A stretch of 32,000 bases of DNA from Xylanibacter ruminicola 23 (GCF_000025925.1 NC_014033.1:1110001-1142000); one strand, 5' to 3'; positions 15,154 through 23,277 are shown, counted from the stretch's first letter. The notes: generated by a model not told the origin, from the sequence alone. Made by a program: numbers and translations.

Positions 15154-16089
15154 ATGAATAGGAAAGCCTTTTTCGCTACACTTCTTACTATCATTGCTAT
15201 AACTGCAGATGCTCAACAGAGATTTTTCGTAAAGGATAGTCTTACACAAGATCCCGTAGCATTTACAAGTGTATGGTTCGGAAATAATACAGGAGGATAT
15301 ACTAATGAATCTGGAATGATAGTGATTCCTGAAGGAACAAAACAGATACGGTTATCACATATCTGCTATGAGACGAAAAATATATCAATCGTTGACTGCA
15401 GTCGAAATACGGTATTACTTGTCCCCAAGAGCGTTATTCTCGAAGATGTCTGCATTAGTGCTAAGTCTCCTAAAAGAATGAAAACTACAACAGTTGGCAT
15501 GATAAAGGAGAAAACACAGATATGCCATAGAGGTTCTACCGGATTTGAGATGGCTTTATTCATTCCGTACGATAGTACATGGACGAATGCTCCTTACATT
15601 CATTCCATTCTGGCTAATCTCGACTATTCTACACACTGGCTTGCATTTACAATTATCAAGACTCCAATTTATGCTACTCTTCGCTTTGACCTTCGCCTGC
15701 CTGATTCCCAAACTGGTTCACCAAGAAACGAGTCAATTATAAATGGTGGTATTATTATTCAACCAAGTCAAAGGGTCAGCAAAGAAGGAGTAAAACTCGC
15801 CACTCCTTTGGTATTCCCGAAAACAGGTGTATTCGTTGTGATGGAATGGATAACCACAGCAGCTATTTCCGAGTCTCAAAACCTTGTGCCAGCTATTAAC
15901 ATGACACTGAGTATTAAAGAGAATCAAACCTGGAATAAGAAAGCCTTTCGTGGTAAAGACTGGATGCGGGAAGAAGACGAACCAATCAATCAGGACAAAT
16001 CAGCAAGAGAATTATATAAGGGTAAAACTCCTTGCGCCAAGTTGGGCTTGGAAATTTCAAAATATGAAGTATTTCAATCAGACAATTGA
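15154..16089 (+). CDS. Secreted protein containing a carboxypeptidase-regulatory-like (CarboxypepD_reg) domain
   Basis: A signal peptide is followed by FFVKDSLTQDPVAFTSVWFGNNTGGYTNESGMIVIPEGTKQIRLSHICYETKNISI. This matches the CarboxypepD_reg beta-sandwich pattern. Confidence 0.6.
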   Translation: MNRKAFFATLLTIIAITADAQQRFFVKDSLTQDPVAFTSVWFGNNTGGYTNESGMIVIPEGTKQIRLSHICYETKNISIVDCSRNTVLLVPKSVILEDVCISAKSPKRMKTTTVGMIKEKTQICHRGSTGFEMALFIPYDSTWTNAPYIHSILANLDYSTHWLAFTIIKTPIYATLRFDLRLPDSQTGSPRNESIINGGIIIQPSQRVSKEGVKLATPLVFPKTGVFVVMEWITTAAISESQNLVPAINMTLSIKENQTWNKKAFRGKDWMREEDEPINQDKSARELYKGKTPCAKLGLEISKYEVFQSDN

Positions 16090-16118
16090 CAAGTTTTGCA
16101 AGAATAACATAAAAAACG

Positions 16119-16158
16119 TTCACAAATTTGTGAATATCAAAATAATATTGTATCTTTG
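16119..16158 (+). promoter_or_regulatory. higBA promoter with a perfect 16-bp palindromic operator
   Basis: The palindrome TTCACAAATTTGTGAA (16119-16134) covers the -33 TTTG (16127-16130). The -7 box TATCTTTG lies at 16151-16158, 20 nt downstream. Confidence 0.6.
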
Positions 16159-16176
16159 CCCCCAAAATAAGAAAAT

Positions 16177-16494
16177 ATGTTAGTTATCTTTGAAAGAGAT
16201 TATCTAAAAGAGCTCTATGATAATGGTCAGGCCAGCGATAAGAAGCATCGCTTCCAGCCACAGATAGTCAGAAAGTACACTCGCGTCATCGACTTGATGA
16301 ATGAGGTACAGAATGTACAGACGCTGACTCAATATGGCAGTCTTCACTACGAGAAACTTCATGGTGATAAGGCAGGACTTTCATCTGTCAGAGTGAACGA
16401 CCAATACCGAATAGAGTTTCGTGAAATTTTAAAAGGCGAGCAAACAATCGCCGAAGTAGTAAGTATAACAGAATTGTCGAACCATTATAAATAA
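16177..16494 (+). CDS. higB: HigB-like toxin of the RelE/ParE superfamily (plasmid maintenance system killer type)
   Basis: KLHGDKAGLSSVRVNDQYRIEFRE matches the HigB pattern L.G.r.G..S.rvn.q.Ri.F. It is followed 9 nt later by a HigA-type HTH antitoxin gene (toxin-first order). Confidence 0.75.
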   Translation: MLVIFERDYLKELYDNGQASDKKHRFQPQIVRKYTRVIDLMNEVQNVQTLTQYGSLHYEKLHGDKAGLSSVRVNDQYRIEFREILKGEQTIAEVVSITELSNHYK

Positions 16495-16502
16495 GGTACA
16501 TT

Positions 16503-16847
16503 ATGAAACATATAGAAGGCGTAAACGACAACATGATTGCCAACAACCTGGAGCCACATTACTTGACTCATCCTGGTGAGGTAATTAAAGACGAACTGGA
16601 GTTTCGTGGTATTAGTCAGCGACGACTGGCTAAAGAAATAGGTATTCCTGCAAGCCAACTTAACGAGGTGCTTAACGGCAAGCGTTCGCTAAGTGCAGAA
16701 TTAGCTCTGCTGATAGGCAAGGCACTTGATCTAGATGCAGCTCCCCTACTCTCACTTCAGATGAAATACAATCTCCTATCGGCCAAACGTAATAAATCGT
16801 TTATACAGCGCTTAAAGGAGATTCCTAAAATCGCTGCAGTATTCTAA
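16503..16847 (+). CDS. higA: HigA antitoxin, XRE-family HTH
   Basis: HPGEVIKDELEFRGISQRRLAKEIGIPASQLNEVLNGKRSLSAELALLIGKAL is the canonical HigA motif. Confidence 0.8.
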   Translation: MKHIEGVNDNMIANNLEPHYLTHPGEVIKDELEFRGISQRRLAKEIGIPASQLNEVLNGKRSLSAELALLIGKALDLDAAPLLSLQMKYNLLSAKRNKSFIQRLKEIPKIAAVF

Positions 16848-16863
16848 AAAAGTGGGTTCGATA

Positions 16864-16895
16864 TTTGGTGGTAACAAAAAAAATACCTATCTTTG
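16864..16895 (+). promoter_or_regulatory. Promoter of sRNA copy 2
   Basis: TTTG (16864-16867), a 20-nt spacer, then TATCTTTG (16888-16895). Confidence 0.65.
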
Positions 16896-16900
16896 CATCA

Positions 16901-17151
16901 ACAAATAGTAAGCAAACTAACTAACATAGTTCTACGAACTTGTTGGAAAGTTAGAAATACTAAGTACGATATAGAGATATCGACAGGCTGCTTATCTTAA
17001 GTCGTTTGTTACCAGTTTGAAAAGAATTTGTTACCACATGCGGATTAGTAACAAAACAATTCGCAACTTGCTGATAATCAGCATGGGTTCGACTTTCTGC
17101 GGGTGTACAAAGAATAAAAGAGATGAGTTCAAAGCTTATCTCTTTTTTTTT
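16901..17151 (+). ncRNA. Unclassified structured sRNA, long form, copy 2
   Basis: It aligns with copy 1 from 16861 to 17108. I count about 9 differences in the ~210-nt transcribed part, including one 1-nt deletion. Its terminator has an unrelated sequence: a 9-bp stem at 17119-17143 plus T9. Confidence 0.7.
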
Positions 17152-17169
17152 ATACAGAATTAAACAATC

Positions 17170-17301
17170 ATGAGTATGAATAAGATAGTAGACGAAAAGT
17201 TTAGCGATGAAACGATTGCTGCCATTAATGAGGCTAAGTCAGGTAAGAACCCCAATAAGGTTTATGATAGTGTTGATGAACTCTTTGCTGATATGGATTG
17301 A
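17170..17301 (+). CDS. Small antitoxin-like protein (43 aa)
   Basis: My own translation gives MSMNKIVDEKFSDETIAAINEAKSGKNPNKVYDSVDELFADMD. It is directly followed by, and overlaps, the remnant of a YafQ/RelE-type toxin gene. It is below the ORF-track cutoff. Confidence 0.45.
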   Translation: MSMNKIVDEKFSDETIAAINEAKSGKNPNKVYDSVDELFADMD

Positions 17302-17362
17302 CGAAGAGATCGACACCATTGAACTTGTAAGACTTGGCTCCCACTCTGAGCTATTCAAATAA
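17285..17362 (+). pseudogene. 3' remnant of a YafQ/RelE-family toxin gene. Only the last ~25 codons are retained.
   Basis: The frame reads LLIWIDEEIDTIELVRLGSHSELFK-stop. This resembles the conserved C-terminus of YafQ-type toxins (..LLIY......L.LVRTGSHSDLF). There is no room for the N-terminal ~65 residues, because the upstream sequence is occupied by the antitoxin-like ORF in another frame. Confidence 0.5.
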
Positions 17363-17405
17363 GAGTATTTATATCAATTACAATCAATAATAAATCCATC
17401 AATAA

Positions 17406-19796
17406 ATGAAGAAACTTTTATCAACTATTGTGCTGGCCATTGTTGCAACTGCCGGGTGGGCACAAACTCGAATATGGAATAACATTGTTACAGGCTATTC
17501 CAATGTACCATTTGTTAAAATAACCAAGGTTGTACTGAGTGCCGACAGCACTGAGGTGTTCATGCATTTCGACATGCCAGAACGTGCTGCAGGCCAGGAA
17601 GGTGTATTGGCTGCGAAATCGCTACTCCAGGCCGACGGTAAGACCTACGAAGCAAAGAACGCCGTAGGTATGAAACTGGGGCAGCCCGTCAAGATACCTA
17701 AGGACTGTAAGGTAGACTTCTCGCTGGTGTTCGATGCCCTGCCAGCATCTACATGGCTGTTTTCTATAAGTGATCCCGGCATATGGATAATTAATGCTGT
17801 ACGCGATGCTGATGCGAATGCTGATGTTGATGTAACCCCCGTTGGCATCACCGACACCTATTGGCGCAACACGCTTACGGGCGACTGGTTGATAGGATTC
17901 GCCCAGCACCACGTTATATATAATAATAAGGTGTGGGATATCCTGAATCAGACCGAGCAGAAGGACACCTACGTGCTTACTCTTAACGACGGACTAACCA
18001 TCAAGGTGGGCAAACTCAAGAAAGGCATCCGTCCCATCACCATCGGTACCGGAAAGGCCATTGCCTGCAATCCGATAACCCAAGAAGCCCTACCCGACTA
18101 TCCTACCAAAGACACTCGCAAGGGATTTGTTGACAATGGCTATCGTGAGGGCGACAGCGTAACCATCGTAGGCTGGCTGAAGGATATGCCCGAGCAAGCT
18201 TGGAAACAGAGCGGCGAATTTGAAGTCTGGACAAGTAATTTTATCACCGATAAAACAGAAAGCTTTACAGCAAAGCTCGACTCGCTAGGTAGATTCACCC
18301 TCCGTATGCCCCTGCTCAATTCTGCAACCGTTACGCTCGCCCCGCGCCAATCATGGGTACATCCTGTATTAGAGCCAGGAAAGACCTACTTCTTCCTCAA
18401 CGACTTCAATACTGGTCAGAAACTGTTTATGGGCGATGACGTACGCCTGCAAAACGAGCTTGTGGCTTGTCCTGCAACATGGCCGGAGACACGCATCAAT
18501 CCAGGCGAGAGCGCCATGCAATTCATGGAACGCGCGAATAAAGTCTTTGATGCAATCATAACCAAGATGCAGGCGGATATCACTCATCGCCCCAACCTAT
18601 CGCAGCGCTTTATTGATTATATTAAAGGTCTGTGTATGGCTGGGCAGGGCTATTCGATGATGCAGGCCCGCTTTGATGTACCAGGCCGAAGTCTGCCCAA
18701 GGAGTATATGGATTATGTCAACACCAAGTTGTGGCAGCCCGCACCTAAACCCTATACGCTCTATTCTGAATTCCCGCGATTTATGCGCGACTATCTTGAC
18801 CAGCTGAGAGATGAGCGCCACTCTGTGAGCATTGATCCTTACAGAATAACGTTGAACGACGGTGCCTATCCCATCATTTTGCGCCAGGCTAGGGCTGATG
18901 GCAAGGTATCGATTACCGACGAGGAGCTTGCCCTAATGGAGCGTTATGCAGTGGAATTTCACAAGGAGTATGCCAAACAAGCCAAGAACCAGAAGATAGA
19001 TAGTCTAAACATTGATTTGGCTGGTACCGATTTAGATAAGCTTGGCATTGCGGAGCAGTATCTTGCCATTATGGAGCGTCCTGATGTGAAGAAGGAGATA
19101 GAGCAAGAATTCTCGTTGATAGATTTGTATTACCAAAAGCAGGCTATCGAATCGGCAACTACCGATAGGGCATTGATTGATCTGGCCTTGGCTCGCAAAT
19201 TCTATTGGAAGCTTAACTCGTTCCGCAAGTCGCTTGACCCTTCTGATTTGAATTTCGCCAATAAAGAAATCAAGTTGGCATCGGCACTAAACTTTGTTTT
19301 GACCGAAAACGATAAGTATGTAGCTTTGGAGCATCAGGACTTGGCTAATGCAGCCAGTCTGCGACCGTCAACCGATGTGGCGAACATGACCGATGGCGAG
19401 AAGATGCTGCGTAAGATCATCGAACCCTATAAAGGTCGCGTCATCTATCTCGACGTGTGGGGCACATGGTGCGGCCCTTGCAAGCAGAAACTCAAGGACT
19501 CGTGGAAAGTAAAAGAGGCACTCAAGGATTACGATATCGTGTATCTTTACCTATGTAATGGCAGCAGCGATGAATCATGGAAGAATGTGATTAAGGAGTA
19601 CAATCTGACAGGACCAAACTGCGTTCACTATAATCTGCCAAAAGAACAGCAGAGTGCTATCGAGCATTACCTGAGTGTAAACAGCTTCCCCACATATAAG
19701 ATTATCGATAAGCAGGGAAACATTCACGACCTAGGTTGGCTCGACGATCAAAATCTGGAGGCATTCAAACAGACTATGGGCAAGTTCTGCAAGTAA
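17406..19796 (+). CDS. Large secreted protein with a C-terminal TlpA-like thioredoxin-fold domain
   Basis: The signal peptide is MKKLLSTIVLAIVATAGWAQ. The C-terminus reads VIYLDVWGTWCGPCKQKL...FPTYKIIDKQG, giving a WCGPC active site and the cis-Pro region of TlpA/ResA-type thiol-disulfide oxidoreductases. I do not recognise the N-terminal ~650 aa. Confidence 0.7.
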   Translation: MKKLLSTIVLAIVATAGWAQTRIWNNIVTGYSNVPFVKITKVVLSADSTEVFMHFDMPERAAGQEGVLAAKSLLQADGKTYEAKNAVGMKLGQPVKIPKDCKVDFSLVFDALPASTWLFSISDPGIWIINAVRDADANADVDVTPVGITDTYWRNTLTGDWLIGFAQHHVIYNNKVWDILNQTEQKDTYVLTLNDGLTIKVGKLKKGIRPITIGTGKAIACNPITQEALPDYPTKDTRKGFVDNGYREGDSVTIVGWLKDMPEQAWKQSGEFEVWTSNFITDKTESFTAKLDSLGRFTLRMPLLNSATVTLAPRQSWVHPVLEPGKTYFFLNDFNTGQKLFMGDDVRLQNELVACPATWPETRINPGESAMQFMERANKVFDAIITKMQADITHRPNLSQRFIDYIKGLCMAGQGYSMMQARFDVPGRSLPKEYMDYVNTKLWQPAPKPYTLYSEFPRFMRDYLDQLRDERHSVSIDPYRITLNDGAYPIILRQARADGKVSITDEELALMERYAVEFHKEYAKQAKNQKIDSLNIDLAGTDLDKLGIAEQYLAIMERPDVKKEIEQEFSLIDLYYQKQAIESATTDRALIDLALARKFYWKLNSFRKSLDPSDLNFANKEIKLASALNFVLTENDKYVALEHQDLANAASLRPSTDVANMTDGEKMLRKIIEPYKGRVIYLDVWGTWCGPCKQKLKDSWKVKEALKDYDIVYLYLCNGSSDESWKNVIKEYNLTGPNCVHYNLPKEQQSAIEHYLSVNSFPTYKIIDKQGNIHDLGWLDDQNLEAFKQTMGKFCK

Positions 19797-19819
19797 TGAG
19801 AATCATTTTCATTCATAAA

Positions 19820-19851
19820 GGGAGTTAGAAATTGTTCTAACTCCCTTTTTT
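19820..19851 (+). terminator. Intrinsic terminator after the TlpA-like gene
   Basis: The 11-bp stem pairs GGGAGTTAGAA with TTCTAACTCCC and is followed by TTTTTT. Confidence 0.75.
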
Positions 19852-19905
19852 ACTAAATGGGTACAATATAATAACGTCTCTAAAATCAAAAAACTAAGTT
19901 CAATA

Positions 19906-19937
19906 TTTGGTGATAACAAAATAAATACGTACCTTTG
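19906..19937 (+). promoter_or_regulatory. Promoter of sRNA copy 3
   Basis: TTTG (19906-19909), a 20-nt spacer, then TACCTTTG (19930-19937). Confidence 0.65.
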
Positions 19938-19942
19938 CATCA

Positions 19943-20019
19943 ACAAATAGTAAACAAACTAACTAACATAGTTCTACGAACTTGTTGGAAGAAAGCAGAC
20001 CTTTAAGGCCTGCTTTTTT
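19943..20019 (+). ncRNA. Short form of the sRNA (about 77 nt): the 5' module plus a private terminator
   Basis: 19941-19991 is identical to 13921-13971 of copy 1. Similarity ends after CTTGTTGGAAG. Next comes the hairpin GCAGACC/GGCCTGC (19995-20013) plus T6. Confidence 0.65.
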
Positions 20020-20027
20020 CGTATATA

Positions 20028-20840
20028 TTAGTTCTCCACTTTATACCCTTTTACGATGATTGGTGGGCAGGCTGGAAGTTTTTTCATCTTACCCTTTACG
20101 GCGTTGCGGGCGTAGCTGCTTTTAAAGTTGGCTGGGAAGAATATACCACCATTACCTTTATGGTCAACCACACTCACACTGATACAATATTTCTTTTTAC
20201 CCTTAAGCACGATGTGTTCATCGGGACTTACGCTGAATTTCTTGCCATCGTCTGCGGGTGATATATGTTTGTATATGGGTTTGTTCATGATGTTGATAAA
20301 CTTTTTGCCCTGTAGCTCATAGACATTGAAACTAAGCACGCACTCATCATATTTACATTTAGCTATGGTCAGAAGCATCTCACTTAGTACATAGTCCTTG
20401 CTGTTCTTGAATATCGGCCCCCACTCCGTGTCGCCGTTTATGTTTCCTATGAATCCTACTGTCCCTATTCTTACAAGCGAACGCCCCGATAACGTGTTCG
20501 TTTTGTTTTTCTTGCCGATTACCACCTCAGCCAGTTCTATCACTTTATCCTTCAGTACTACCTTCAGATCATTTCCTTTGCTGTAGGTGGCATAAGGCAC
20601 GATAGCATCTTGATACGACACATGCGTGAACGATAAGTCCTTATTTCGTCCCGCAGGTATGGTGAGCGTAAAGTGCCCCTTCGCGTCGGAAATCACGCCC
20701 ACACTATCCTCATCAAAACCAATGCTGACATATTCTACAGCCTCGCCGCGTTCGTTTACTACGTTGCCTCGTACAATGGTCTGAGCACTCGCTGTAATCA
20801 TCAACTGCATAAATACAGTTAAGAGTATGGTCTTCTTCAT
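20028..20840 (-). CDS. Secreted CarboxypepD_reg-like domain protein
   Basis: MKKTILLTVFMQLMITASAQ is followed by TIVRGNVVNERGEAVEYVSIGFDEDSVGVISDAKGHFTLTIPAGRNKDLSFTHVSYQ. I chose the internal ATG at 20840. Confidence 0.65.
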   Translation of the reverse strand: MKKTILLTVFMQLMITASAQTIVRGNVVNERGEAVEYVSIGFDEDSVGVISDAKGHFTLTIPAGRNKDLSFTHVSYQDAIVPYATYSKGNDLKVVLKDKVIELAEVVIGKKNKTNTLSGRSLVRIGTVGFIGNINGDTEWGPIFKNSKDYVLSEMLLTIAKCKYDECVLSFNVYELQGKKFINIMNKPIYKHISPADDGKKFSVSPDEHIVLKGKKKYCISVSVVDHKGNGGIFFPANFKSSYARNAVKGKMKKLPACPPIIVKGYKVEN

Positions 20841-21013
20841 TTTTTTGTAATTATAAGTGTTGCAAATTCGCATGCAAAAGTAGTTATTATCCCTGAATTA
20901 CTCGTCGTTTTTCAAATTCTTTGTGATATGTTTTGATAGTTTCAGGTTTATGATGATGTTTTACCACGTTTTATTTGTACCTTTGCAGCCCGATATGTCT
21001 ATTACAATATGAT

Positions 21014-21655
21014 ATGAGTAATATAATGATTAGGAATATTGCATTTGATTTGGGCGGTGTGGTTGTAGCCCTGAGCTATGAACAGGCTGTTAAGCGATTC
21101 GAGGAGCTTGGTCTCCGCGATGCCAGGAAGCATCTGGATGCGTTTTGTCAGAAAGGCATTTTTGGCGATCTGGAGAAAGGCATGATATCGCCTGAAGAGT
21201 TCCGTGCAGAGCTGAGTCAGCTTGTGGGTCGTGAGTTGTCTCACGATGAGTGTAAGTATGCCTGGCATGGTTATGTTGAGGCTGTACCACAAAAGAATCT
21301 GCAGATGCTGTTGAGATTGCGTGAACTCGGCTACAAGGTATGTCTGCTCTCCAACACCAATCCGTATATGATGCAGTGGGCCAAGAGTAACGAGTTTGAT
21401 GGCAATGGCCACTCTATCGAATATTACTTCGACCATCTCTATCTGAGTTACGAGTGTAAACAGATGAAACCATCGGCAGAGATTTTCAGGATGATGCTCG
21501 ATGGCCAGCAATCTTCAGCCGAAGAAACGCTCTTTATTGATGATGGACAAAAGAATATCGAAGCAGCGAAAGCACTTGGTATTCATACGCTCTTTCCTGA
21601 GAATAATGAAGACTGGACAGAGCCACTCGAAAGATTATTAGGCATAGATAAATAA
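21014..21655 (+). CDS. HAD-IA family phosphatase (YihX-like)
   Basis: Motif I is IAFDLGGVVV, motif II is LLSNTN, and motif III/IV is K...LFIDDGQKNIEAAKALG. The promoter TACCTTTG lies at 20981-20988. Confidence 0.75.
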   Translation: MSNIMIRNIAFDLGGVVVALSYEQAVKRFEELGLRDARKHLDAFCQKGIFGDLEKGMISPEEFRAELSQLVGRELSHDECKYAWHGYVEAVPQKNLQMLLRLRELGYKVCLLSNTNPYMMQWAKSNEFDGNGHSIEYYFDHLYLSYECKQMKPSAEIFRMMLDGQQSSAEETLFIDDGQKNIEAAKALGIHTLFPENNEDWTEPLERLLGIDK

Positions 21656-21677
21656 TACTATATTACGAATATTAAAA

Positions 21678-21899
21678 ATGGAATATTTACCCAAAGATCC
21701 CGCTATATTGGTTTCGAGCGTGAACATGCTCCTGAGAGATGAGGAGTTTGACACGCTGGAATCACTTTGCTATAATTTTGAAACTGAACCCGCAGATATC
21801 AAAGATTACCTGTTCGGTCATGGATATGTGTATAGCGAAGAGCAACGTCAGTTCCGCCCTATTGGATATAACTCAGAGCAAAATGATAACAAAAGATAG
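21678..21899 (+). CDS. DUF4250 domain protein
   Basis: LPKDPAILVSSVNMLLRDEEFDTLESLCYNF is typical of DUF4250. Confidence 0.6.
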   Translation: MEYLPKDPAILVSSVNMLLRDEEFDTLESLCYNFETEPADIKDYLFGHGYVYSEEQRQFRPIGYNSEQNDNKR

Positions 21900-22128
21900 T
21901 ATCGAGACCGCCTATAGTTTCCTGCATCAAAAGCAGCGCATCTATGTTCACTCCACGCTCGACTGGCAGAAGGATGACATTGAGATGGCTATTGCTGCCT
22001 ATGCCGACGATATGAGTCAGGAACTGTTTGAGGCCATCAGTGGTGGCAGGGCTGATTTCTTACACGATCATAAGCAGTTTCAAGAAGATATCACCAAAGC
22101 GGTTGAGATACTCGAAAACATGCTATAA
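21883..22128 (+). CDS. Hypothetical protein (81 aa)
   Basis: I chose the internal ATG at 21883 (MITKDSIETAYSF...). It overlaps the preceding stop by 17 nt. Confidence 0.45.
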   Translation: MITKDSIETAYSFLHQKQRIYVHSTLDWQKDDIEMAIAAYADDMSQELFEAISGGRADFLHDHKQFQEDITKAVEILENML

Positions 22129-22147
22129 TTTTAATAAAATCAAGAAT

Positions 22148-22645
22148 ATGAGTTTTTTAGATTTAGTAAAGCAGAGATATAGCTGCAGAAGCTATCAGGA
22201 GAAAAGTGTGGAACAGGAGAAGCTCGACTACGTGATGGAGTGCGTACGCTTTGCTCCTTCGGCTGTGAACAAGCAGCCTTGGATGTTCCGTGTGGTTAAG
22301 AACGATGCTGAAAAAGAAAATCTGCGTGAGTGCTATAGTCGCGATTGGTTTAATACTGCACCTATGTATATTATCTGCAGTATCCTGCACGATGAGGAAT
22401 GGGTTCGCAAGGATGGCAAGCATCATGGCGATATCGACATAGCTATTGCTGTTGAGCATCTGTGTCTGGCTGCAACAGAGCAAGGTCTGGCTACCTGCTG
22501 GGTATGCAACTTTGATGCCGAGAAATGCAAGCAGCTTTTTACTTTTGCTGAGAATGAGGAGCCTGCCGTGCTGATTCCTATCGGTTATGCAGCCGACGAG
22601 GCGAAGGAAAAGAAACGCAAGGATATGGATCAGATTTGCAAATAA
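22148..22645 (+). CDS. Nitroreductase family protein
   Basis: The ATG is at 22148. RYSCRSYQEKSVEQEKLDYVMECVRFAPSAVNKQPW is the nitroreductase N-terminal signature. Confidence 0.8.
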   Translation: MSFLDLVKQRYSCRSYQEKSVEQEKLDYVMECVRFAPSAVNKQPWMFRVVKNDAEKENLRECYSRDWFNTAPMYIICSILHDEEWVRKDGKHHGDIDIAIAVEHLCLAATEQGLATCWVCNFDAEKCKQLFTFAENEEPAVLIPIGYAADEAKEKKRKDMDQICK

Positions 22646-22649
22646 TGAA

Positions 22650-22676
22650 TAGCCGCCATCGTTGGTGGCTATTTTT
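22650..22676 (+). terminator. Intrinsic terminator after the nitroreductase gene
   Basis: The stem pairs AGCCGCCA with TGGTGGCT and is followed by ATTTTT. Confidence 0.6.
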
Positions 22677-22890
22677 AGTATAACGAGAAAAGGCTCGCTT
22701 CACAGCGAACCTTTTCCGTACAATTACTTAAAAAACTAAATTAATCAACCATAAACCTTAACCATATTATCTATGCTGCAAAAGTACACATAAAACGGGA
22801 AATCAATGTTTGTTTATCGTTTATTTATGTTCAATCTACATTATTTGGCGCAGATTAAACAAAATTACACCGATTTTAAACATCGCCAGT

Positions 22891-23277
22891 CTATGCTACT
22901 ACATGCTTGATGTGACGCGCTGTAGTTTTGTTGGCATCGTAGAGAACGGTTATCTCACGAGTGCGTGGATTGTACTTGGTATCCTTCACACCGTTGATAC
23001 GCTCTGCCCGCGCCATCATCTTGGTAGGAGAATCGTGACGACTCAGCTTGAATGTGCAGATTCTCATCTCAGGATGATATGCATGTCTCTTGTCGAAGTG
23101 AGCAGTATGCTTATCAACCCTGTCGAAGTGCGTCTTTTTCTTGTCAACTACTGCAACCACTTTCTTATCGCGGTTGTTGTGATGCTTATTACCTGCCATT
23201 GCTGGCATTGCTGCTGTCATTGCCATCATCATCATGGCTGCTATCAGCCGATTAGTGCTAACTATCGTCATTTTCAT
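22891..23277 (-). CDS. Secreted His/Lys-rich protein with a C-terminal HMA-like (ferredoxin-fold) domain lacking CxxC
   Basis: A Met/Ala-rich signal peptide is followed by a His-rich spacer (KHHNNRDKK...HFDRVDKHTAHFDKRHAYHPE). The C-terminal part is ICTFKLS...INGVKDTKYNPRTREITVLYDANKTTARHIKHVV. Confidence 0.5.
   Translation of the reverse strand: MKMTIVSTNRLIAAMMMMAMTAAMPAMAGNKHHNNRDKKVVAVVDKKKTHFDRVDKHTAHFDKRHAYHPEMRICTFKLSRHDSPTKMMARAERINGVKDTKYNPRTREITVLYDANKTTARHIKHVVA

Noticed and set aside
22687-22716. A strong 13-bp hairpin (GAAAAGGCTCGCT-TCAC-AGCGAACCTTTTC) downstream of the nitroreductase terminator
   Set aside because: It has no U-tract on either strand, no repeat copies in the window and no adjacent promoter. 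It may be a REP-like or secondary termination structure, but nothing here supports a specific call.
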